In this document: positions 26,676-34,313 of the stretch, in pieces
How the letters are laid out: the number at the start of each line of letters is the position of its first letter
How positions within the stretch are numbered: position 1 is the stretch's first letter
NCBI GenBank assembly: GCA_030595905.1
Contig: JAUVLE010000003.1
Coordinates: 1 to 34,313 of the forward strand
Reading direction: 5' to 3'
DNA from: Candidatus Cloacimonadota bacterium
Lineage (GTDB): Bacteria > Cloacimonadota > Cloacimonadia > Cloacimonadales > TCS61
DNA length: 34,313 nucleotides
The notes under the pieces: model-generated
The model's input: only the letters and a program-made list of their open reading frames with translations
Told to the model about the DNA's origin: nothing
Database searches by the model: none
Translations under genes and position numbers: made by a program

Positions 26676-27568
26676 GTTTGGTGATCGTTGGTTCAATTGC
26701 ACTGGATTCTATTAAAACTCCTTTCGGAGAAGTGGAAAAAGCTCTCGGCGGTTCTGCAATGTATGCCTCTCTTGCAAGCAGCAATTTCGTAAAAACGCAT
26801 ATAGTAGGCGTGGTGGGAGAAGACTTCCCGATCGAACATATCGATCTTCTGAAAGAAAATGATATTTGCTGTAAAGGTCTAAAGACCGTTCCCGGTAATA
26901 CCTTTCATTGGAAAGGCGTGTACAACGATCTGAACAAAGCGGAAACCCTGGAAACACATCTTAATGTGTTTGCAGATTTTAATCCTGAACTTCCACCGGA
27001 ATACCGAAAAAGTAAATATGTTTTCCTGGGAAATATCGATCCTGTGTTGCAGTTAAGAGTCCTCGATCAGATGGAGAATCCCGGAATAACCGCATGTGAT
27101 ACGATGAACTTCTGGATATCGGGAAAGAAAGAAGAACTGATGGAAGTAATAAAAAGGGTTGATATTCTTTTTATTAACGAAGATGAAATTAAAATGCTGA
27201 CGGGTGAACAGAATGTTTTTTCTGCTGCCGAAACTGCGTGTTCATACGGACCAAAGTACCTGATAATAAAACGCGGAGAATACGGCTCGATGGCTGTTTC
27301 AAAGGATTTTTTGTTCTTTGTCCCGGTCTATCCAATAAAAAAAGTAATAGACCCAACCGGTGCAGGTGATTGTTTTGCCGGTGGCTTTATGGGTTATCTT
27401 GCAAGTATGGACAGATCTGATAAAGAAACTATTAAAAATGCTATGATATACGGGACAGTGACAGCTTCTTTTGATGTTGAATCCTTTAGCCTGGAAAAAA
27501 TAAAAGGAATTGACAAAGATATGATAGAAATAAGAAAAGAAAAAATAAAAAAAAGTATGAAATTTTAA
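26672..27568 (+). CDS. PfkB/ribokinase family kinase
   Basis: VGSIALD, LGGSAMY, INEDE, IIKRGEYG, DPTGAGDCFAGG. Confidence 0.92.
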   Translation: MSLVIVGSIALDSIKTPFGEVEKALGGSAMYASLASSNFVKTHIVGVVGEDFPIEHIDLLKENDICCKGLKTVPGNTFHWKGVYNDLNKAETLETHLNVFADFNPELPPEYRKSKYVFLGNIDPVLQLRVLDQMENPGITACDTMNFWISGKKEELMEVIKRVDILFINEDEIKMLTGEQNVFSAAETACSYGPKYLIIKRGEYGSMAVSKDFLFFVPVYPIKKVIDPTGAGDCFAGGFMGYLASMDRSDKETIKNAMIYGTVTASFDVESFSLEKIKGIDKDMIEIRKEKIKKSMKF

Positions 27569-27584
27569 AAAAAAGGAGATCATT

Positions 27585-28280
27585 ATGAAAGAAAATTCGG
27601 TAATCCGGCAATCTGCAAGAGAAATTCTGGCTGGGAATTGGGGAAATGCTGTAGTTGCATTTCTTATCTACATGGGAATCTCAATGGTTTTACAAACCAT
27701 TCCGTCTATTGGTCAGATAGCATATCTTGCCGTTATCGGACCTTTTGTTTTCGGACTTACTCTATTCTTTCTGAAATTAGTCAGGAAGGAAGGAACAGAT
27801 TTTAATTATTTATTCAAAGCTTTTAATTTTGAAGGAAAGAATCTTGGATTGTTCGGAAGAACTCTTGGAGTTTATTTACTGGCGAAGTTGTATATCCTAC
27901 TCTGGTTTCTGCTTTTGATAATTCCGGGAATAATTGCTTCTTTATCCTATAGTATGATCCTTTTCATATATATCGATAATCCTGAAATGGGAATTTCCGA
28001 AACTTTAAGAAAAAGCAAGGAAATGATGTATGGATATAAAACAAAATTATTCCTGCTTCATCTCAGCTTTATCGGATGGGGATTATTATGTTTACTATCA
28101 GCCGGAATAGGATTCTTGTGGTTAGGACCTTATATGTTCACATCTTTAACTGTTTTTTATGAAGAATTGAAAAAAAATCAGGGAATAGAACTAACTAAGG
28201 TAAAAGAAGAAGCAGAAGAATCGGAAAAAATTATGAATCCAAAAATAGGCGGAGTTGTAGGAGATTCGGAAGAGAAGTAA
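27585..28280 (+). CDS. DUF975-family integral membrane protein
   Basis: AREILAGNWG, LLLIIPGIIASLSYSM, SKEMMYGYK..LF...LSFIGW, LWLGPY. Confidence 0.8.
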   Translation: MKENSVIRQSAREILAGNWGNAVVAFLIYMGISMVLQTIPSIGQIAYLAVIGPFVFGLTLFFLKLVRKEGTDFNYLFKAFNFEGKNLGLFGRTLGVYLLAKLYILLWFLLLIIPGIIASLSYSMILFIYIDNPEMGISETLRKSKEMMYGYKTKLFLLHLSFIGWGLLCLLSAGIGFLWLGPYMFTSLTVFYEELKKNQGIELTKVKEEAEESEKIMNPKIGGVVGDSEEK

Positions 28281-28301
28281 TTAATCCTGATAATTAATAT
28301 T

Positions 28302-28350
28302 TTTTGCGGAATTAGATTTGCATATTGTGAAATCTTTTCCGCAAAATTTT
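28302..28350 (+). terminator. Long hairpin, probable terminator of the glyS operon
   Basis: TTTTGCGGAA..AGATTT/AAATCT..TTCCGCAAAA followed by TTTT. Confidence 0.55.
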
Positions 28351-28440
28351 CTTTAATTAATGTGATATTTATTTATATAAAGATGAGTTTACTTTTAAAA
28401 GGTCATTAAATGAATTTCTTGAAAATGTTTATAAATTTCC

Positions 28441-28590
28441 GAAACCGTTGAAGCGGTTAAAGCAGCTATCTTCATATTAACCCGCAATTATCTATTCCGG
28501 CTTTTTAGTCGCCTCTGGTGATCAAGCGGATCAGTTATAGAAAACGATGAAAACACAAAAAGCAGACTTCAATCATTTTAATGGTTTTTT
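28441..28590. repeat. Degenerate REP-like composite element
   Basis: AACCGTTGAAGCGGTT palindrome, AACCCGCAATT, a block shared with 20542-20570, AATCATTTTAATGGTT end palindrome. Confidence 0.45.
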
Positions 28591-28716
28591 GAAATTTACC
28601 CGATCTTGCAGTGTAAATATTTTTAAAAACAATAAGTTCAGGTTTGAACTTAATATATGGAATAGTAAATGCTAATAATTATTTATAGAGTTAATTATGG
28701 AAGTTAGAGGAATATT

Positions 28717-29538
28717 ATGAAATGGCGTTTTCTTAATTCCGGCAAATGCGATCCGGCAGAGAACATGGCAATAGATGAAGCCATCTTTAATGGGATCATC
28801 AAAGGAAAGTCTTTGCCAACCATTCGTTTTTACGGTTGGAATCCGCCATCGGTTTCCTGCGGTTATAACCAGGAATTAGAGAAAGAGGTCGATCTTGACG
28901 CTGTAGCGAAATGTGGTTTCGGATTTGTCCGCCGTCCAACTGGCGGCAGAACTGTTCTTCATAATGAAGAAATAACTTATTCTGTAATCGCTCCCATAGT
29001 AGAACGTTTGGAAGGAAATATCATAGATTCCTATTCCGAGATAAGCAGAGCTTTGGCGGAAGGATTGAAGATATTAAGAATAGATGTGGAATTAGAAAAA
29101 GGTTCTCTTTCTTCTCATCATCAGCGAACAGTAACTAATCCATGTTTCTCCAGCAGTTCCAGGTTCGAATTGAATTACCACAATAAAAAGATCGTGGGAA
29201 GTGCACAGGTCAGATCAAATAATGTTCTTCTTCAGCATGGCTCGATCTTACTTCATTTCAATCAAAGTAAGATCACTGATTTTCTTCCGGGTATAAACAA
29301 TGAACAGAGAGCAAGGATCAAGGAGTATTTCAATAGAAAAACAATTGCAATAAACCAGATACTTTCTTCTTCTGTTGATGAAGGCGAAACGATTTCCGCT
29401 TTGAAATCGGGTTTTAAAAAAACATGGAATAATGATGAATTTATTTTTTGTGAAAACATTGAACCTTTTGAAAAAGAATATGCTGACTATCTTGTGAAAA
29501 CTAAATACTTGACAGATGAATGGAATAAACGCAAATAA
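28717..29538 (+). CDS. Lipoate-protein ligase / octanoyltransferase (LplA/LipM-like)
   Basis: NMAIDEA, RFYGW.PP.VS.GYNQ, VRRPTGGRTVLH, KKIVGSAQ, LQHGSI. Confidence 0.9.
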   Translation: MKWRFLNSGKCDPAENMAIDEAIFNGIIKGKSLPTIRFYGWNPPSVSCGYNQELEKEVDLDAVAKCGFGFVRRPTGGRTVLHNEEITYSVIAPIVERLEGNIIDSYSEISRALAEGLKILRIDVELEKGSLSSHHQRTVTNPCFSSSSRFELNYHNKKIVGSAQVRSNNVLLQHGSILLHFNQSKITDFLPGINNEQRARIKEYFNRKTIAINQILSSSVDEGETISALKSGFKKTWNNDEFIFCENIEPFEKEYADYLVKTKYLTDEWNKRK

Positions 29539-29565
29539 AATAAAGAGGAATGGAAGAAAAAAAAA

Positions 29566-29595
29566 TTGACATTAATTTTCTATTGAATGTTTTTG
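29566..29595 (+). promoter_or_regulatory. Putative promoter of the TonB receptor-exbBD operon (TTGACA-N19-TTTTG)
   Basis: A-tract immediately before TTGACA; TTTTG 19 nt later; GGGGGAG RBS downstream. Confidence 0.45.
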
Positions 29596-29633
29596 TCTAA
29601 AGTTAAAATTTAGAGTCATAGGGGGAGTTATTA

Positions 29634-32600
29634 ATGTATAGAAAAAATTTTATTTCCATACTGCTGATGCTTTTTATAAGTCTTTCGTTATATGCAGGTA
29701 CCACAGGTAAACTTGCAGGAAAAGTTACAGATGAAAAAGGTAATCCTGTGCCATTGGCAAATGTAATTATAGAGGGTACCGAAATTGGCACAAGGACAAA
29801 AGAAAATGGAACATATATTATTATTAATATACATCCGGGAACTTATAATGTATTTTGTTCCCGCGGCGGATATGCCCCGCGGAAAATCACAGGTGTTAAA
29901 ATAAACCTGGACCTCACTAAAATGTTAAATATTACCCTGACAAAAAGTGCTATCGAAATAGAAGGATACGAAGTTACAGAAGCTCGAATAGAAATGGTAC
30001 AAGCCAGTAAAACAAGTTCGGGAAGAACAATTACTGCTGAAACGATCGAAGATATTGCTGTGGACGATCTTGAAGGTGTTATCGCTATTCAAGCTGGTGT
30101 TTCCATAGTAAATGGAGAGTTGCATGTTCGGGGTGGAAGATCAAATGAAGTCGTTTATACGGTCGATGGTATGTCTGTTTCCGATCCTGTTGATGGAGGA
30201 GCTGCTCTCTCGGTCGATATGGATGCAATTGAATTTACAGATGTGAAAACAGGCGGATTTACTGCTGAATATGGTAATGCTCAATCCGGTATTGTTAATA
30301 TAGTCACCAAATCCGGGGGAAGTGACTATTCCGGTAAGATCGAATTTATTACCGACCACCTGATTCCGGATATTGATAATTCAAATGAAGATGAAGTAAA
30401 ATTTTCTCTCGGCGGTCCGGTTTTAAGTCCGCTGGTTTCATCGCTCAGAGATAAATTCACCTTTTTTATAAACGGCGCTGCAAATTGGTCTGATTCCAGA
30501 TATAAAGATCATTATGTAACCGATCCTGTCAAAGAACTAAAATATCTTACTGTCGAATCTTTCTCTACAAGTGATCCTTATGAAAACAGGGACGATTTTA
30601 TCGGATTCGATCTGGGTGACAGGAATTTTAATAATTATAACGGCAATCTTAAAATGAAATATCAATTTAATCCAAAACAGAACCTGACAATTGCTGTTCG
30701 TGCCGATAGATCAAAATATAAAGTTTTTTCATATTCATGGAAATATAGCCTTGATCACTTCCTTGCCGGCGAAAGTACTCAAAAACAATATGTGGCAACT
30801 TATGATCATACTTTCAACTCTCAGACAAACCTGAAAGTAAAAGCCAGTTACTATCATAAACAAATAGAACAAGGACCAGATGGAATTTCACGGGATGATT
30901 ATTTTGTATTGAATCCTGATAATTTTGACTTTCTTGATGAAAACGATAGGTACAACTGCACAGGAATCGATTATTTAACGTTAGACGGACTGATCGGTGA
31001 TGACAGTATCTATCCGTGGATGATCATGTCTGATGCGCAAGAAAAAGGAGTAACAGGTTTTGTCCGTCCTGGCTATATCTCGGGTTTTAATGCAAAAGAT
31101 GAAAATAGTGTAGCTACGTTTCGAACAGATTTTGAATACCAGTATAACCAGATCCATGGTTTTAAAACGGGACTGGAAATAACAAAACATGATATAAAAA
31201 AAGACAGATTGACAAACCCCTGGATACTCGATGAAAATCGTTATAAGAACTATCTATTGAATTATGCAACTCCCACTTACTGGTTCTATAATCTTGCCGA
31301 TCTGGATTCTCTTGAAATAAATCAATATGTTGATGATTATGGTTTAATTCAGAAAGGAGAGAACTCACCGGTATATTATTCTTCATCAAATAACGGATAT
31401 GACATATTGGAAGAATACTTTACAATAAACACATATAGTCTGGATGATTATTATAATGCTACCCTGGCATCATCCGGGCAGACAGACGGCTATGAAGCCG
31501 AGCCATGGCAAGCTGCATATTATCTTCAAGATAAGATGGAATGGGAAGGTATGATCGTTAACGCCGGATTGAGATTTGATTTCTGGTATCTCGGAGAAAA
31601 ATATAAAATCATCCAGGATGCAGGGGAATATCAATGGGAAGAATTCGATAAAGACGAGAAATACCAGATGATGATGTCTCCCCGATTGGGAGTATCTCAT
31701 CCTATTTCCGAAACAGCCGTAATGCACTTTGCATATAATTATCAGAATCAGCTTCCGCAAATGCAGTACATTTTTACAACTGCCAGACCGGAAGATGCTC
31801 TTACAAGTAACACTCAGATAATAGTAGGAAAACCGAATCTTGAACCTCAAATTACAGTTACCTATGAAGTAGGTCTTCAAAAACAATTGAACGAAGATTT
31901 CGGTATGGATATTCAGGCTTATTTCAAAAATATCTATAACTATGTAAGCACACGGGAAGTTGTTGACCCTGACGATGCAACCATTACCTGGTTTGAGTAT
32001 ATTTCGGAAGACTACGGCAGTGCCAGGGGTATAGATTTTAACCTGGAAAAAAGACTCTCAGGATTCATCCTGGGTACTGCTTCTTACTCATTGGCATGGG
32101 CAAACGGAAACAACTCCAGCACAGTTGTTCAGTCTGAAACCATGAATCTCAGAGAATTCCCGCTTGATTGGGATATGAGACACAATTTCAGTCTCAATAT
32201 TACATTCAGAGTTGGAAAAGGAGAGGAGTACTATCTACCATTTACAGATGTATTGGTTCCCGCTTTCATTACAGACGACTTTTCCACGAACTTATTCTAT
32301 ACAATAGCCAGTGGTACACCATATACGCCAATGAACGAAGAAGGTAATACTATGATGGATACAAACAGCGATAATCAGCCTTATACCGAAAATGCTAATT
32401 TGAAGTTCACGAAGAAGATCGGTATTAACAAAAAAGCATTTCTAAAAGTTTATCTGCGTATTAATAACTTATTCGACAAAAGAAATGTTAACTGGGTTTA
32501 TGCAAGAACAGGTTCTCCATATTATGATGGAGCCGATATTACAGAGCAAAACAGTGATTATGTGGCAAAAGAAGTTCAATACATACATGACCTTTATACG

Positions 32601-32663
32601 AAAAACCCGAGTGCGGTTACACAGGGAAGAACTTTTTCCTTTGGATTTTCATTTAATTTTTAA
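29634..32663 (+). CDS. TonB-dependent outer-membrane receptor with N-terminal carboxypeptidase-regulatory-like domain
   Basis: GTTGKLAGKVTD, plug LHVRGGRSNE..VDG, TGGFTAEYGNAQSGIVNIVTKSG, NAGLRFD, SPRLGVSHPI, NLFDKRN, terminal aromatic SFNF. Confidence 0.92.
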   Translation: MYRKNFISILLMLFISLSLYAGTTGKLAGKVTDEKGNPVPLANVIIEGTEIGTRTKENGTYIIINIHPGTYNVFCSRGGYAPRKITGVKINLDLTKMLNITLTKSAIEIEGYEVTEARIEMVQASKTSSGRTITAETIEDIAVDDLEGVIAIQAGVSIVNGELHVRGGRSNEVVYTVDGMSVSDPVDGGAALSVDMDAIEFTDVKTGGFTAEYGNAQSGIVNIVTKSGGSDYSGKIEFITDHLIPDIDNSNEDEVKFSLGGPVLSPLVSSLRDKFTFFINGAANWSDSRYKDHYVTDPVKELKYLTVESFSTSDPYENRDDFIGFDLGDRNFNNYNGNLKMKYQFNPKQNLTIAVRADRSKYKVFSYSWKYSLDHFLAGESTQKQYVATYDHTFNSQTNLKVKASYYHKQIEQGPDGISRDDYFVLNPDNFDFLDENDRYNCTGIDYLTLDGLIGDDSIYPWMIMSDAQEKGVTGFVRPGYISGFNAKDENSVATFRTDFEYQYNQIHGFKTGLEITKHDIKKDRLTNPWILDENRYKNYLLNYATPTYWFYNLADLDSLEINQYVDDYGLIQKGENSPVYYSSSNNGYDILEEYFTINTYSLDDYYNATLASSGQTDGYEAEPWQAAYYLQDKMEWEGMIVNAGLRFDFWYLGEKYKIIQDAGEYQWEEFDKDEKYQMMMSPRLGVSHPISETAVMHFAYNYQNQLPQMQYIFTTARPEDALTSNTQIIVGKPNLEPQITVTYEVGLQKQLNEDFGMDIQAYFKNIYNYVSTREVVDPDDATITWFEYISEDYGSARGIDFNLEKRLSGFILGTASYSLAWANGNNSSTVVQSETMNLREFPLDWDMRHNFSLNITFRVGKGEEYYLPFTDVLVPAFITDDFSTNLFYTIASGTPYTPMNEEGNTMMDTNSDNQPYTENANLKFTKKIGINKKAFLKVYLRINNLFDKRNVNWVYARTGSPYYDGADITEQNSDYVAKEVQYIHDLYTKNPSAVTQGRTFSFGFSFNF

Positions 32664-32695
32664 AATAATTTAAGAATAAATTGGGAGGATAAAAA

Positions 32696-33520
32696 ATGAG
32701 TAAAAGATTTTTTATAATATTAATGATCATGGCGTTTGCAATTTTTATATCAATTGCCTTCGCTCAGGAAGAAGTGGTTGAAGAAACTACATCGGAAGAG
32801 ATTTCGGCAGAAGGATCTGCCGCTGAGGAAATTGCCGAAGAAGAAGTAACATTTGAAGAATCACCTCAATCCAGCGGCATGGAAATGTTTGCTCGTAAAA
32901 TAGTTGGAAGCGGACTTGTGGACCTGTTCATTCAAGGTGGATTCGTTATGTACCCGATGCTAATTTTATTGATCTGGGGTATTGCTACTATCATCTGGAA
33001 GATCATTTCTCTGAGGTATGCAAAGATCAACCTGAAGGAATTTCTGGATAAAGTTGTTCCGTTAGTTGAAAATAAGAAATATAATGATGCGATTAAATTG
33101 TGTGAAGAGACAAAAGGACCGGTTGCAGCAATTATACATCTGGGTTTGCTGAAAGTTGATAAAGGTATTGAAGCTGTAGAAAAAGCTATAGAAAATGCCG
33201 GTGTTATCGAAATGGCATTTCTGGAAAAAGGTTTTATCCCTCTTTCTACAACTATCAATCTCGCTCCTATGTTCGGATTCTTTGGAACCATCGTTGGTAT
33301 GATCCGCGCATTTAGAGATATTGCTGCTGCTGGAGAAGTGGAACCTACAATCGTTGCCAATGGTATCGAAATCGCTTTGATCACAACTGCTACCGGTCTG
33401 GCAATCGCTATTCCCATGCAATTCTTTAATAATATATTCCTGGGAATGGTTGACGGACTTGTGATGGATATGCAAAGAGGTTCGGAAAAACTCGTAGAAA
33501 CCCTTGTTGAGAATAAATAG
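32696..33520 (+). CDS. exbB: MotA/TolQ/ExbB proton channel family protein
   Basis: GGFVMYP, LAPMFGFFGTIVGMIRAF, GIEIALITTATGLAIAIP. Confidence 0.88.
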   Translation: MSKRFFIILMIMAFAIFISIAFAQEEVVEETTSEEISAEGSAAEEIAEEEVTFEESPQSSGMEMFARKIVGSGLVDLFIQGGFVMYPMLILLIWGIATIIWKIISLRYAKINLKEFLDKVVPLVENKKYNDAIKLCEETKGPVAAIIHLGLLKVDKGIEAVEKAIENAGVIEMAFLEKGFIPLSTTINLAPMFGFFGTIVGMIRAFRDIAAAGEVEPTIVANGIEIALITTATGLAIAIPMQFFNNIFLGMVDGLVMDMQRGSEKLVETLVENK

Positions 33521-33529
33521 GGGGACTTG

Positions 33530-33946
33530 ATGTTAAGCAGAAAAAGAAAAAATCTGGGTGGGATTCCCACTGCATCGATGTCTGATGTAGCTTTTCTGCT
33601 CTTGGTTTTCTTTTTGTCCACTACCAAATTTGATATAAAGAGAGGTCTGGGACTGGTTTTACCACCCGCATCCGAACAGGCAGATAAAAGAGTGAGACTG
33701 AAAGATGAGAACATTACAAAAGTCTGGATAGATTCGGAAGGTCAGATCACAGTTATTTCCGGTGGTATCGACGAACAGGTTTCTATGAATCAATTAGAAG
33801 CTAAGATACGAAAGATCGTAAAAGGTAACCCGGATATGGTAATTTCTTTGAAAACCGATAGGAAAAGTAAATATCAGAATATGGTTATTGCACTTGATAA
33901 ACTTCAAGCTGCAGGTGCAGAAAAAATTTCTTTATCTACAAATTAG
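33530..33946 (+). CDS. exbD: ExbD/TolR family protein
   Basis: IPTASMSDVAFLLLVFF with conserved Asp; alternative TTG start at 33527. Confidence 0.88.
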   Translation: MLSRKRKNLGGIPTASMSDVAFLLLVFFLSTTKFDIKRGLGLVLPPASEQADKRVRLKDENITKVWIDSEGQITVISGGIDEQVSMNQLEAKIRKIVKGNPDMVISLKTDRKSKYQNMVIALDKLQAAGAEKISLSTN

Positions 33947-33955
33947 GAAGGAACT

Positions 33956-34313
33956 ATGGCAAAAATAAAGAAAAGCGCAAGACCAGAAACTCTTATTCCC
34001 ACTGCATCGATGTCGGACATTGCTTTCCTGCTTCTTCTCTTCTTTATGGTCACAACTGTGTTCGTAAGAGAAAAAGGATTGAAAGTAAATTTGCCCAAAG
34101 CAGTCAGCATACAAAAGATCCCTCGAAATCATTCTGCTACTATTTATGTAGATCGGAATGGAAATATTTCTATCGATGATCTGGCAATTTCAATTCCCGA
34201 TGTACAATGGGTAATGCAGAAAAAACTGATGGAAGATTTTAATGTTATTGCTTGTTTCCGAACAGATAAAAATACAAACTACGGGATCATGTCGGATATT
34301 TTAAATCAGCTTA
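33956..34313 (+). CDS. exbD: Second ExbD/TolR family protein (cut by window end; absent from ORF track)
   Basis: Own translation: MAKIKKSARPETLIPTASMSDIAFLLLLFFMVTTVF...VNLPKA...RTDKNTNYG; open to the window end. Confidence 0.88.
   Translation, partial: MAKIKKSARPETLIPTASMSDIAFLLLLFFMVTTVFVREKGLKVNLPKAVSIQKIPRNHSATIYVDRNGNISIDDLAISIPDVQWVMQKKLMEDFNVIACFRTDKNTNYGIMSDILNQL

Noticed and set aside
28633-28652. Palindrome TAAGTTCAGGTTTGAACTTA upstream of the lipoate ligase as an operator
   Set aside because: Single AT-rich instance beside repeat debris; no regulator or second full site to support it
32932-33714. 260-aa antisense ORF over exbB/exbD
   Set aside because: Shadow frame of well-conserved genes; no motif or RBS support
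33560-34035. DNA repeat ATTCCCACTGCATCGATGTC in two places
   Set aside because: Explained by the conserved IPTASMSD motif of the two paralogous exbD genes

Overview
AT-rich bacterial chromosomal segment. Its gene content (FlgD/T9SS-type C-terminal domains with NYPNPFNP, a PorV-like barrel, TonB receptor-ExbB-ExbD-ExbD) suggests an FCB-group organism, probably Cloacimonadota; this is an inference. Most genes are housekeeping or envelope genes: a SerA-like dehydrogenase, gamma-carbonic anhydrase family protein, rnhC, a TsaC-LMW phosphatase fusion, an EnvC-like protein, gap, fba, a PPIase, PTS IIA, glyS, an aminotransferase, a PfkB kinase and a lipoate ligase. Four large secreted CTD proteins are interspersed, including a C10 protease. 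Less obvious signals: (1) an integrase-less integron cassette relic at 1.2-1.9 kb with a HEPN-motif fragment, a canonical-looking attC, a stand-alone HNH protein with Cas9-HNH-like motifs, and a second, deleted attC; (2) a 16-bp palindrome tied to all four CTD genes, just downstream of two and in frame inside the NPFNP motif of the other two; (3) nested REP/dRS3-like palindromes in intergenic gaps; (4) a recurring TWGACA-N19-TTTTG promoter-like pattern. No rRNA, tRNA or CRISPR array was recognised.
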